A stretch of 64,000 bases of DNA from Candidatus Bathyarchaeota archaeon (GCA_963777155.1 CAVZPM010000036.1:1-64000); one strand, 5' to 3'. Positions 9,216 through 19,229 are shown, counted from the first letter of the stretch. Numbers and translations: made by a program. The notes: generated by a model from the sequence alone, not told the origin.

Positions 9216-11347
9216 CAGGGTTGCTCCATGAACTTTTCTGGTTTAGGAACTTCTGATGCCAAGCCTTTGCGCCTTCGCAAATCCAGAATGACTTCCTCGG
9301 CAAGTTTTTGAGGCATTTTTTCCCAATGGTCAAAGAAGGTTTGCCAAAAAGCTCTGCCTGAGGTGGTGGATCGGAGTTCTTTGGAGAAGCCAAAGGTTTC
9401 AGAGACAGGGATGAAGCCCGTGATAACGTTCTGGAGTCCTTTCTGCTCGAACAACGTCACTCTTCCGCGTCTGGTGCTCAGCATTCTTGAGGATTCGCCA
9501 GACAATTCTGATGCAACTGAGATGATTATTTTGTAAATAGGCTCGAACAGTACGGGATCTGCAGTTAGGAAACTGCCAAAGATTGCTTTGCCGATACCAT
9601 GCATGATTTCTGTGCCGACCACCTCTTCTTTGCCGAGTTGGAAATCAATCAAGTTCACTTTAAGGTGCCGCATCGGTTCGCCGCACAGTGGTCCTGCCCT
9701 GCAAGCGTACTCGAACCCTGCGATAATTGCCTCCAACGCTGCCTCGGAAATCTCTGCGGTTTTATTTTTGCAGTCAATGATAATATTTCGGTGTTCATCA
9801 ATTGAAAGTATGTTGCTACAGTCGCTGTCTAGAGAAGAATTTGGTGTCTCTTCAGTCTCAGGCATGACCTGAATCCAAAAGCAGTTTTGCTTGTTGGGAC
9901 TTTTAGCTAAAGCCAAAGCGCCTTTTCTCTGAACGCTCTCCATGTAGACAACCCGTGGCGAAGAAACGGCAATGTCGATTTCGCATGTGCGTCTAAGTTG
10001 GCCCAGGGCTATTTCCAGATGCAGCTCGCCCATTCCGCTTAGCAAGTACTCCCCTGTCACCTTGTCTGTGGATATTTTTAAGTTGGGGTCTTCAGCCGTT
10101 AGACGCTCCAGCCCTTCAAGCAAAACAGGGATGTCTTGGGGGTTTTTGGGTTCCAACGCCAACGTGACAACGGGTTCGGAGACATAGCATATGCCTTCGA
10201 ACGGAACCATCCCCTCTTTATGATCTAAGTCGACGAGTGTTTCGCCTGCTTGGACCTTTCCTGCAAGAGTTAATGATACCAAGTTGCCTGCGGAGACTTC
10301 GGTGACTTCTTCATGGAAAAAGCCCATGTCTATCGCTACCTGCTTAATCTCGGTTTTAGCCAATGCATCCACTAGGTGGAGTTTGTCTCCTTTCCTAACT
10401 TTTCCAGAGAACAGTCTACCTGTTGCAACGGTGTAATCGTTTGAGACTGAATGGATGTTAGTTACGTAGACCACAGCCGGGCCATCGTCACTGCATTTAG
10501 TTAGTGCTTTACCAACTTTCGAACCAACTTGTCCATCCCAAATCTTAGTAATTCTGTAGCCTTGCGCTTCAAGAGGGCTGGGAAGCTGATTAATTGCCAT
10601 ATTAAAAATCGCTTCACCTACAGGTGAGGTCTTCTTTAGTTTTGCCTGTTCACCGTTAAGGACTATTTGGATTATGTCTGAGAATTTTATACCCTGTTGC
10701 TTTGCCGATCCCAAAGTAAAACCCCAACCATAGAGGGCTGCGCCAAATGCCACATTGCCGTTTGCCGCATTTATTTTCCATTGTGCCCTGTAGGGGTTTT
10801 CGGCATAGAGTTCGATTAAGTCGTTAAACTTGTCGATTATGTTGTTGAGTTTTTTCTGGATTTGCTCCTCACCCAACTGGAGTTCAGTGATGAGGCGGTC
10901 AACCTTATTTATGAAAAGCACTGGACGCACCCGTTCTTCGAGAGCTTGGCGCGTGACGATTTCGGTCTGCGCCATAATCTCTTCCACTGCATCCACAACC
11001 ACCACAGCACCGTCAATAACGCGGAGGGCGCGAGTGACTTTTCCTGTGAAGTCTACGTGCCCCGGCGTGTCAACCAAGTTAATTATGTAGGAGTTTTGGG
11101 GGTTTTTGTAGAGAAGACTTATGTTGGCTGTTTTGATGGTGATTTTGCGTTTCTGTTCTTCCTCTAGGTAATCTAACACTCTTGCCGTGCCAGCCATCTG
11201 AGGTGACAGCAGCCCCGTGCCAGCCAACAGGGAATCAGCAAGCGTGGTCTTGCCATGGTCAATGTGCGCAATAATGCCTATATTTCGAATTAGCTCTTTT
11301 TTGCTCATCAGCTGCTGTATCTCTGGGATTTGTTTGAACCGCGGCAT
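9215..11347 (-). CDS. Elongation factor 2 paralogue (aEF-2p-like) without the diphthamide loop
   Basis: IAHIDHGKTT, DTPGHVDF, NKVD, SGMGELHLE, GPLCGEP; the HEDxxHRG loop is absent. Confidence 0.88.
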   Translation of the reverse strand: MPRFKQIPEIQQLMSKKELIRNIGIIAHIDHGKTTLADSLLAGTGLLSPQMAGTARVLDYLEEEQKRKITIKTANISLLYKNPQNSYIINLVDTPGHVDFTGKVTRALRVIDGAVVVVDAVEEIMAQTEIVTRQALEERVRPVLFINKVDRLITELQLGEEQIQKKLNNIIDKFNDLIELYAENPYRAQWKINAANGNVAFGAALYGWGFTLGSAKQQGIKFSDIIQIVLNGEQAKLKKTSPVGEAIFNMAINQLPSPLEAQGYRITKIWDGQVGSKVGKALTKCSDDGPAVVYVTNIHSVSNDYTVATGRLFSGKVRKGDKLHLVDALAKTEIKQVAIDMGFFHEEVTEVSAGNLVSLTLAGKVQAGETLVDLDHKEGMVPFEGICYVSEPVVTLALEPKNPQDIPVLLEGLERLTAEDPNLKISTDKVTGEYLLSGMGELHLEIALGQLRRTCEIDIAVSSPRVVYMESVQRKGALALAKSPNKQNCFWIQVMPETEETPNSSLDSDCSNILSIDEHRNIIIDCKNKTAEISEAALEAIIAGFEYACRAGPLCGEPMRHLKVNLIDFQLGKEEVVGTEIMHGIGKAIFGSFLTADPVLFEPIYKIIISVASELSGESSRMLSTRRGRVTLFEQKGLQNVITGFIPVSETFGFSKELRSTTSGRAFWQTFFDHWEKMPQKLAEEVILDLRRRKGLASEVPKPEKFMEQP

Positions 11348-11437
11348 AGTGACCCCTTTAGGATAAGTTTAAGTTGGAACTAAAGGTTCCTATTAAATTT
11401 AAAAGCTTAATGCTTCACCTTTGAAGGATCTAAAAAA

Positions 11438-12220
11438 TTGAATCTGTCCACAATCATTCCTGTTGAAGGACTCATCGAAGAACCTTACGCCTCAACTGTT
11501 TGTTACCCAAGAACCAACCAAGCTGAAACGCAAAGCCGAATACAGGAACTAAAAGAACTGGGTGTTGAAGCACTTGAATTCTCTGGCAAAGCAGCGGCAG
11601 CTAACATTCCAGTTCTCGGCAAAGGCTACGTCGGCGTTGTTGTGGTAGCACATGTGAGTGGGCAAAGGGTAGCGTTGAAGATGCGCAGAATAGACGCCGA
11701 CCGACCAGATTTTAAGCATGAAGCCGAAATGCTCCAGAAAGCCAACGCAATTGGCGTCGGACCCAAGTTTATTGCAATCAGCAACAATTTTCTTCTATCA
11801 GAACTTATTGAGGGGGATTTGCTCGAGGATTGGCTAGAAATTCACCGAGATAAAGGGCTCATCCGCAAGGTTTTGGTTGATATATTGGAACAGTGTTGGC
11901 GTTTGGATGAAGCAGGTTTAGATCACGGTGAAATAAGCAAGGCACCAAAACATCTGCTCGTAGATAAAGGGAACAACCCCTACATCGTAGATTTCGAAAC
12001 CGCAAGCATAGTTCGAAGGGTGATTAACGTTACGTCGGTATGCCAATTTCTTTTTATGGGAAACAGCAGAGCAGCAAAGATGCTGGGTGAACTATTCGGG
12101 GTTAAGGAAAAATCAGAGCTAATTTCGGCTTTGAGATACTTTAAGAAGAATGAGAATAGAGAAAACTTTGAAGGACTACGCGAGTTTTGCCTATTAGATT
12201 TAAGCTACTATGTCTTGTAG
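11438..12220 (+). CDS. Archaeal atypical Ser/Thr protein kinase (COG2112-like)
   Basis: LGKGYVGVV, VALK, HGEIS, IVDFE. Confidence 0.8.
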   Translation: MNLSTIIPVEGLIEEPYASTVCYPRTNQAETQSRIQELKELGVEALEFSGKAAAANIPVLGKGYVGVVVVAHVSGQRVALKMRRIDADRPDFKHEAEMLQKANAIGVGPKFIAISNNFLLSELIEGDLLEDWLEIHRDKGLIRKVLVDILEQCWRLDEAGLDHGEISKAPKHLLVDKGNNPYIVDFETASIVRRVINVTSVCQFLFMGNSRAAKMLGELFGVKEKSELISALRYFKKNENRENFEGLREFCLLDLSYYVL

Positions 12221-13286
12221 TCGTTTCTGTTTGATAGCTTCTTTGAATTCCATAGCTATGCGTCTGCCCATGTACATGTTCTCGCCGTACTTGAGGTAAG
12301 CGTAGGGCGATGTGCCGATGCCAACATTGGTTCCTGCGACGATGCGTGCACTGATTTCGAAAGTGTAGATTTTGGCTTCGTCTGTTATGACTGTTTCAAG
12401 GCAGAATGGTCCTATGATTCCTGGCGGTGAGAGTTCGCGGGCTTTTTTGTGGACGTTTTCTCCCATGCGCATGATTTCTGGCAGAAGTGATTCGCGGAGA
12501 ACTATGGGGAAGTTGCCGATTACGGTGTAAGTAGGGTTTATATCGATTTCGAGCTGTTGGCAGGCGGGGATTTTACCTATTGAGTCTACGGCGGATTCGT
12601 AGCGTCGGTCAACGCAGAGCATCTCCACGTCATCGTTTATGATGGAGCTGAAGTAGCTTGGATAAACGTTCACGCCTAGGGCATACTCCTGCAGGTGAAT
12701 GCTTGGCAAGTCGTCCTCTGTGAGCATGCCTCGTTTGACCATTTCTTTGAATTGCTTGTGGAAATTCTTGGGTGAGTTGGCAAGGAAATAGCCTCTGCCG
12801 CCCTTGGCGCCCTGCAGTTTGGCGATGATTAGGCGGTCGATGTCTTCTGGTGTCTTGAAGGTTGCGGGCAATCTGAGTCCAGCTTGGCGCAACCAATCTT
12901 CTTGGCTTTTGCGGTTGGCTTCCCAGTGGAGCAGTTGGCGGTTGCCAAACATGGGCACAAAAAGGCTGTCAGTCAACTCTTCGGTACTTAGGTACGCAGT
13001 GAAAGAACCATGCGGAACCAAAACCACATTAAGATTACGCAAGTTTTTCTTGCAGTTTCTCACTAAGCAACTCCGTGAAGTCCTTAACAATGATTAGCTC
13101 GTCAACCAGAGGGTACTTCTGGTACATTATGGCGTCTTTTTCCTTACAAACGCAGACGGTTTTGAAACCTTCCTCTTTGGCACCCTTGAAAATGTTAAGC
13201 GAACTGTGCGAGCCCAAAGTGCCTATGGCTATTTTCTTCTGGTCGTATTTTCCGATAATTTTACCAATGTCCGCGCTTGTTATCAT
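12200..13286 (-). CDS. purP: PurP, FAICAR synthetase (frameshift near 13045)
   Basis: TLGSHSSL...GAKEEGF, VPHGSF, GAKGGRGYF, IGPFCLE, FEISARIVAGTN, MGRRIA; split across two ORFs. Confidence 0.88.
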
Positions 13287-14380
13287 GTTACCACTTCTTC
13301 AAGCCTGCGTTTTCTGACTGCACGCTTTATTTCCATAGCGACACGTTTACCTGGACCTACCTCAACGCCATACTTGTATTTCATGTAGGGCGATGTAGGC
13401 TCGACACATGGGCAGCCTGGAACACGGGGGCTAACGTCGAAAACTCGGAATTCTAAGTCTTTTGTTACTGCGCCTTGGAGAGCAAAGAGCCCTATCATGC
13501 CTGGCGGGAACTCTTTTTTGCAGATGTTCACGAAGCGTTCTGCTGCTTCGAAAATTTTTTCAAGTTGACTCTCTCTCATTGTTGCGCCCATATGTCCGAT
13601 TTCGATATTTTGGGTTGCTATGTTAAGTTCGAGTTGTTCTTTGGCTGGCAGGTCGAGAACGCCATCGAGGTCGGTTTGGATTCGCCTGTCAAAGCCAAGC
13701 AGGTCGATGTCGTCGGTTAAGGGTGACCAGAAATAGTTAGCGTTGAATTTGGCGCCAATAACATATTCTTCAATGACAGATTGGTTGAGAGCTTCACGGG
13801 TTATGATACCTGCTTTGATGCGTTTTTGGGCTTCCCGCTCGTACTCCTCAGGGGTCGAGGCGTAAAAGAATGCGCGTTCAATGGTGCGGCCTTTCTCAGC
13901 GACTTTCACGATAGCTGGGCAGTTGATGTCGGCTGGGGATTTGAAGGCGCGGGGAAGTTTTATACCAGCTTCTTTTAGGAGCCAGAGCTGGTTCTTTGGA
14001 GCCGTGCGTTCCTCGGTTTTTAACAGGTACCTATTGCCCATGAGGGGAACGGCGAATTTCTGTTCTATGGCTTCGTAGCCTGCGTACACACTAAAGGAGC
14101 GGTTAGGGACGAAAACTGTGTTTAGGTCGGTTAGCTGCTTCACAACCTCGGGTGTTGTTATATCCGAGAACTTGTCTAGGAATATGATTTTGTCAAAAAT
14201 GTTTCGGTAGTATCGGGCATAGGTCTTTTCTCTTCCGTTTTGGCAAACGACAACAGTTTTAAAGCCTTCCTGTCTAGCCCCAGAAGCAATTTCCAGCGCT
14301 GAATGCGAACCTAATACACCTATGTAGATTTTCTTTTGATCATAATCGGCTAATGTTTGTTTTATTTTATCTTGCATCAT
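13283..14380 (-). CDS. PurP-like ATP-grasp paralogue
   Basis: LGSHSALE, PNRSFSVY, IERAFF, IGLFALQG, DVSPRVPG. Confidence 0.85.
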   Translation of the reverse strand: MMQDKIKQTLADYDQKKIYIGVLGSHSALEIASGARQEGFKTVVVCQNGREKTYARYYRNIFDKIIFLDKFSDITTPEVVKQLTDLNTVFVPNRSFSVYAGYEAIEQKFAVPLMGNRYLLKTEERTAPKNQLWLLKEAGIKLPRAFKSPADINCPAIVKVAEKGRTIERAFFYASTPEEYEREAQKRIKAGIITREALNQSVIEEYVIGAKFNANYFWSPLTDDIDLLGFDRRIQTDLDGVLDLPAKEQLELNIATQNIEIGHMGATMRESQLEKIFEAAERFVNICKKEFPPGMIGLFALQGAVTKDLEFRVFDVSPRVPGCPCVEPTSPYMKYKYGVEVGPGKRVAMEIKRAVRKRRLEEVVT

Positions 14381-15435
14381 GCTTTTTCACCCATAAAGTC
14401 CCTGTAAGCGTTAATTGCCTTTGCAAGCTTTGGGACATCAAACAGTTTTATGTTTGTCATCTCATTCGCTACTGCCATGTACATTTGGCTGATGATTGTT
14501 TTAAGTTTGGGGTCAAGTTTGGATGGCTGCGACTTGCAGAGGGACTTCCAGTCTTGGATTCCTCTGGCTTCGGCATCCTTTTTGGCTTGCTCTAAGTCGT
14601 TGTACCAGTTTGTTTTCTTGTAGAATTGTCTAGCGACCTCTTTGCTGACATGCACGCCCTCGTAAGTAAATCGGCACTCGTCAAGTGTTCCTAAAACATC
14701 AACAAGCATAAGCTTTCGTTTGTCGTCGAAGGCTAATTCGATTTTGCCGTCCTCATTCTTTAAATCTGCGTTTGCGGCAGCTTTTGTTATGGTTTCATCC
14801 GCTCTTAGAAGGACTGTTTTGACCTCGGTGAGTTCAGGGGCGGTTAAGCCTGCGATTTTCTGTGCCTCTGTCCAAGTGACGTAGCGGTCGGTTTCTTCAA
14901 GTTTTGTGCTGACATCGAAGATGGGGTTTGCGAGGGTTTCGCCAGGTTTAGGCTGGTGGTCTAAGCCGAGGTCTTTTAGAGTTACCTTACCTTGAGCCAA
15001 CCGTTTGAAAACTGATGAGCCTTCGGGCAATCCGTTTCGATAGATTACTTCGAGGGGGATGAGGCAGTTTTTCAGCGTTGAAGTGTACATGCTGTATTCG
15101 TGAACTATTTTGCCGTTGGCAATATCTATTTTGGGTTTGTAAACGTTAACCAATGCCACTTCCATAATGTTTGAGGGCGCACTGAGCTCACTTAATGTAA
15201 CAGCTTCACCCTTTTCGTTAGCCAATCCCTTGTAGTGGGTCTTAATACCTATCTTTTCAAGCTGTTCAAAACAGTAAGCACCCATAAGACAGAGAGCAGC
15301 CCCTTTGCCTTCAATGTGGTCGGGCATTTCGCCCCAGTCAAAAACGCTGTAACGGTCAGTGAAGACAAATCTGCCGGTGCCCATTTCCGTTAGGGTTGGT
15401 TTCTGTATTACTTGTAAGTCTTTTACGCTGCCCAT
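14377..15435 (-). CDS. purC: SAICAR synthase (long archaeal type)
   Basis: MGSVKD, FTDRYSVFDWG, IPLEVIYRN, STKLE, DGKIE, GTLDECRF. Confidence 0.92.
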   Translation of the reverse strand: MGSVKDLQVIQKPTLTEMGTGRFVFTDRYSVFDWGEMPDHIEGKGAALCLMGAYCFEQLEKIGIKTHYKGLANEKGEAVTLSELSAPSNIMEVALVNVYKPKIDIANGKIVHEYSMYTSTLKNCLIPLEVIYRNGLPEGSSVFKRLAQGKVTLKDLGLDHQPKPGETLANPIFDVSTKLEETDRYVTWTEAQKIAGLTAPELTEVKTVLLRADETITKAAANADLKNEDGKIELAFDDKRKLMLVDVLGTLDECRFTYEGVHVSKEVARQFYKKTNWYNDLEQAKKDAEARGIQDWKSLCKSQPSKLDPKLKTIISQMYMAVANEMTNIKLFDVPKLAKAINAYRDFMGEKA

Positions 15436-15643
15436 CTTGGTTGCCTCAAATTCTTTTGTAATTAATATTTTTGTCCTTATATCGCTTATCTATTGATCAC
15501 TTGAATTTTTGGGTAAGCGAGCAAACTTCATATGAGGACCAAAATTGAAGTATTCGAATCTTAAAAACGTGAAATGACAGCAAAGATTATTTAGCCCATA
15601 CCTCCCAAGGACTTGCAATACAACAAATCGTTAGTTGGGGGCA

Positions 15644-16846
15644 ATGACAATAAACGAACAAGAATTACCAGATACTTCCACACAGACTAGATTTCCAGTT
15701 TCACCAACAGGTCCGCTGGAAATTATGCAGAAAAAATGGTTCTGCATGGGCTTAGAATCTTCTGGAAAAACTTTTAAGCAGGATGCTGAATCGCCAACTA
15801 ATTTTTTGGAGGTAGTAAATAAATCAAAAGTAGCCTGGGTTGACTATATTACTGATGACCCAATGAAGGACCTTTCAGCGGTGGCTGCTCAAATGGGTTT
15901 TACCGAAGGTTTTATTTCTAATCTTTCTTGCTGTGACCAGATTAACTATCAAGATTTTGATACTGAGATGTGGCTGAGTTTTCCATCGATTCAAATTCGC
16001 GGAACCGAAGTCAAAGCTTACTCTTTGATTGTTCTGATAAGGAAGAATTTGGTTTTAACTATACACGTGCGCTTAGTAGATAAACGGTTTATAAGACTAA
16101 GAAGATATTCTGAAACGATTCTGAAAAAAATTCCGATCGACAGCACACCAGAAGATAGACTTACTATCTTGTTATCACGTATTCTTGAAGCGAACAATGA
16201 CAGCAATTTCAGACATTTGCGTGTAATAGAAGAATTTGGTGATGATCTAAACCGCGACCTAATGAACCAAACGACCGATAAAGCCCTGTTAGGTCCAAAA
16301 ATATATATGATGAAACATGCCCTCATCATTTATTTGAATGCTCTCTGGGAAAGCGTCGATGTCCTCCAAGCTATCCGCTACGGTGACGCCGAACTCCTGA
16401 CTGACGACCAAAAAATAGTAAATCTATTCGCCGCCATGGTGGAACAAGTAAAAAGTCAAATCGGGCTCTCAGAGCATATGTCGGAAGTCTTAGCTTCAGG
16501 AATAGAAGCAACCCAAGCAATTTATAACAATCAATTAACAATAGCAAACAACCAACTGACAATATCGAACAATCAGCTGACAATATTCAACAACCGCTTA
16601 GCCAAACTCGTAGCCTACCTAACCATAATTGGTACAGCGCTGTTAATACCCAACACAATAGGCACTATGTTGGGCAACTCAGTTTGGGTTTACGGACCAG
16701 ACAGTCTCGGGCTATATATCCTCCTCATGTTTGGTGCTACGTTGTTTGGCAGCTTATTGATGTGGTATTGGGTGAAAAAAAACAGGTTGCTTGAAGAGAT
16801 GCCAATTAAAACAGTTGAGACGCCGCCGGAAAAATCTAATCTTTAA
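15644..16846 (+). CDS. corA: CorA-family divalent cation transporter, atypical
   Basis: AWVD N-domain, long stalk helix, two C-terminal TM helices; GMN motif not present. Confidence 0.75.
   Translation: MTINEQELPDTSTQTRFPVSPTGPLEIMQKKWFCMGLESSGKTFKQDAESPTNFLEVVNKSKVAWVDYITDDPMKDLSAVAAQMGFTEGFISNLSCCDQINYQDFDTEMWLSFPSIQIRGTEVKAYSLIVLIRKNLVLTIHVRLVDKRFIRLRRYSETILKKIPIDSTPEDRLTILLSRILEANNDSNFRHLRVIEEFGDDLNRDLMNQTTDKALLGPKIYMMKHALIIYLNALWESVDVLQAIRYGDAELLTDDQKIVNLFAAMVEQVKSQIGLSEHMSEVLASGIEATQAIYNNQLTIANNQLTISNNQLTIFNNRLAKLVAYLTIIGTALLIPNTIGTMLGNSVWVYGPDSLGLYILLMFGATLFGSLLMWYWVKKNRLLEEMPIKTVETPPEKSNL
16526..16600 (+). repeat. In-frame 21 bp tandem repeat (NNQLTIx x3, then NNRL)
   Basis: aacaatcaattaacaatagca / aacaaccaactgacaatatcg / aacaatcagctgacaatattc / aacaaccgctta. 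Confidence 0.85.
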
Positions 16847-16946
16847 AATCGACATTTGTCAACATTTCATCGGTTGAAAACGAGCGCATCAACTTGTTGA
16901 AAATCAGTGCTTAAAATTATCGGAGGGAGTCTCCAAGATTAACAGG

Positions 16947-17438
16947 CTAATTGAGTTTTTTTACTGACTCATTGGCTTTCTCGAGTTCTTTTCGTTTGTC
17001 TTCTTGGTAACCCTTAACGTTAGCCAGCAAGTCTGTATCTTCTAAACCTAAAATTTTTGCTATTGCAATCGCTGCACCTTCAGGCTCAATGGTTACCACA
17101 GAGCCAATTCCGCTTGGAACCCGAAGTGAAGAGTAGATGTCTGCTCCACCGAATTTTTCGCTGTATGGTGGACACGCAATGACTGGTTTGGTTGTATTGC
17201 CATCGATAAAGGCGCTTAAGGCATTAGAGCGACCAGCGACGGTAACGAAGACGACTTTCTGGTTCTCGAATTCTTTAATTATCTCAAGAACTTTGTCTGG
17301 AGTTTTATGGGCAGAAGCCACCCGAAACTCGTAGTTTACGCCTAGGAGTTTGAGATATTTTGCTATTTCACGGGAAAAATCCAAATCCCGCTCTGAGCCC
17401 ATAATTATAACAGCTTTTCCATCCATGACGGTTCTCAC
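16947..17438 (-). CDS. purE: N5-CAIR mutase / AIR carboxylase
   Basis: IIMGSERD, VASAHKTP, VAGRSNAL, PVIACPP. Confidence 0.93.
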   Translation of the reverse strand: MRTVMDGKAVIIMGSERDLDFSREIAKYLKLLGVNYEFRVASAHKTPDKVLEIIKEFENQKVVFVTVAGRSNALSAFIDGNTTKPVIACPPYSEKFGGADIYSSLRVPSGIGSVVTIEPEGAAIAIAKILGLEDTDLLANVKGYQEDKRKELEKANESVKKLN

Positions 17439-17519
17439 AGTACAATGCTAACTAGAAACTTGCTAATTAATATTTAATCAAGCCCAAAAAGGGAAAGAAA
17501 GAAATTACGTGTTCCAAAG

Positions 17520-18086
17520 CTAGTTTTCTCCGAAAAATCTCTGCTCAAACCGTTTCATCCACGAAGGAGCCCTGACCAAAGCGTATATCAAAGTTCCCAA
17601 TAGTCCAAAACCAACTCCAATCAAAACAGGCATAAGAATAATTACTATTATTGGCGCACCCTCAGTTATGAATACGTAAGCTAGAAATACCCAAACGGCA
17701 GTCAAAATGGCTGACAGAGCAATACTAATTGCTAGGAACGCTTTCACTATGGGTTGAAGGCTCGTTTTCTGGGAGAACGCGGCTATTTTAACGTATTTTT
17801 CGTCTTCAGGACTAGTTTTCTGTTCGATAAGGTTTAGGTGTTCGAGTGCTTTCTTGCCAAAAGAAGTAAGAACATATTTTTGGTTGCTGTTTTTTTCAAT
17901 CAAGCCTTTGAGCTGTTCGAGATGGTAGTTGAGTTTTCCCGTTGACATTCCGAGTTCAGTAATTAGCTCAGTATAAGAGATGCCTTGGCTTTTTGATTGG
18001 ATAAGTCTTATTATTGTTCTTCGGGTTGAATGAGCCAAGGCTTGGAAAGTAACATCTTTGATTTGCTCATTTTGGTTCATCATCAA
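17520..18086 (-). CDS. ArsR-like winged-helix regulator with two C-terminal TM helices
   Basis: FQALAHSTRRTII...STGKLNYHLEQL...YVLTSFG, followed by a hydrophobic hairpin. Confidence 0.8.
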   Translation of the reverse strand: MMMNQNEQIKDVTFQALAHSTRRTIIRLIQSKSQGISYTELITELGMSTGKLNYHLEQLKGLIEKNSNQKYVLTSFGKKALEHLNLIEQKTSPEDEKYVKIAAFSQKTSLQPIVKAFLAISIALSAILTAVWVFLAYVFITEGAPIIVIILMPVLIGVGFGLLGTLIYALVRAPSWMKRFEQRFFGEN

Positions 18087-18136
18087 CTTTTACCTCAGAA
18101 CCATAATGTTTCATAAGTGCTTAAATCGGTTTTTAA

Positions 18137-18175
18137 CAAGTATTACTTGACAAATTCTCCATTGTTGCAAACAAT
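18137..18175. promoter_or_regulatory. Two palindromes in a divergent promoter
   Basis: CAAGTA-T-TACTTG (18137..18149) and ATTGTT-GCA-AACAAT (18161..18175). Confidence 0.45.
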
Positions 18176-18238
18176 CAATCAAAAGCCTTTATTACCCTAA
18201 TTCGTATGTTGGATGCTTGGTTTTTCAAGGTTGGTTTT

Positions 18239-18694
18239 ATGACACAACAGACAAAGGAGTTAGAGTTACTCAAACAGTTAATTGGTGTGTGGACTGTCGG
18301 GATAGCAATGAAAACCAGCGACGACAATTTAGTCTCGGGTTGCGGTGATATGATTGCCGCGGAAATCGCTGATTTAGGCGTAAACTCCGAAATAGAAACA
18401 CACATTGAGGGTTACGAGGATTACTATGAAAATGATATGTGGAGTTTTGACCGCGCAAGCGGCAAAGTGCATCTTTTTGGCATAACATCTGAAGGCGATG
18501 CTCGCGACCACGTTGGAACGTGGAAGGATGAGGAAACTCTTGAGTTGCATTGGAGAGGAACATTTGAGGACCAAGAGTTAGAAGAACTGATTCTGGTAAA
18601 ATGGTTGTCAAAAGACCAGTTCGAATTAAGAGAAATTGCGTTCTCTTTTGGAAAAATAAACCTTACAACTAATTACGTTTTCAAACGAAAATAA
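18239..18694 (+). CDS. Hypothetical beta-barrel protein (DUF1579-like)
   Basis: LELLKQLIGVW start; beta-rich and acidic. Confidence 0.6.
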   Translation: MTQQTKELELLKQLIGVWTVGIAMKTSDDNLVSGCGDMIAAEIADLGVNSEIETHIEGYEDYYENDMWSFDRASGKVHLFGITSEGDARDHVGTWKDEETLELHWRGTFEDQELEELILVKWLSKDQFELREIAFSFGKINLTTNYVFKRK

Positions 18695-18696
18695 AC

Positions 18697-19182
18697 CTAA
18701 CATAGCAAACTAACCAGAATTGTCCCTATTTTTTGTGCTGCCTCTTGGACTTCAACGCTTAATCCTTCACCAAACTCCATGTTTTTCGGTTCTATAAGAA
18801 GCAGACCTATTTTTGCGCCAGTCGACTGGTTAACGTATTCACAGAAAACTTTCAGTGGCAACACATGCGTAGTTATTGCCGGGAAATCAACAATTTTTTG
18901 TGTGCCAAAAAGACTTGCTGACCCTGGTTTTAGCCCCAAAAAAGCGGCGTCGATCAAAAGGACGTGTGTGGGCTTAAACTGTTCTATATCCAGCAGGTAG
19001 CTTTCGGGAACAGTTTCGCACTCCATAAGGCAAACGTTGACTGGAACCTTACCCTGCAAATCCTCAACAATCTTTAACCCAACATAGTCATCTTGGCGAA
19101 TTGGGTTTCCAATGCCTGCTATAACAATTTTTTCCCTGTCAATAAGCCATTTTTCTAGTTCTGCTTTTAAGTCGCCAACCAC
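18697..19182 (-). CDS. hycI: Hydrogenase maturation protease (HycI-like)
   Basis: GIGNPIRQDDYVG, ETVPE, LIDAA, TTHVLPL. Confidence 0.88.
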   Translation of the reverse strand: MVGDLKAELEKWLIDREKIVIAGIGNPIRQDDYVGLKIVEDLQGKVPVNVCLMECETVPESYLLDIEQFKPTHVLLIDAAFLGLKPGSASLFGTQKIVDFPAITTHVLPLKVFCEYVNQSTGAKIGLLLIEPKNMEFGEGLSVEVQEAAQKIGTILVSLLC

Positions 19183-19229
19183 GAGTGCACCAGAAGAAAA
19201 ATGGGTTTAAAGCTTGAAAAAGGTTGTTA

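Noticed and set aside
13035-13090. Programmed frameshifting in purP and other split genes
   Set aside because: No shared slippery heptamer or stimulator; the breaks are scattered across unrelated genes, as expected for indel errors.
16850-16945. TCAAC/GTTGA inverted repeats between convergent corA and purE
   Set aside because: Short and imperfect; cannot be distinguished from chance or a simple terminator.
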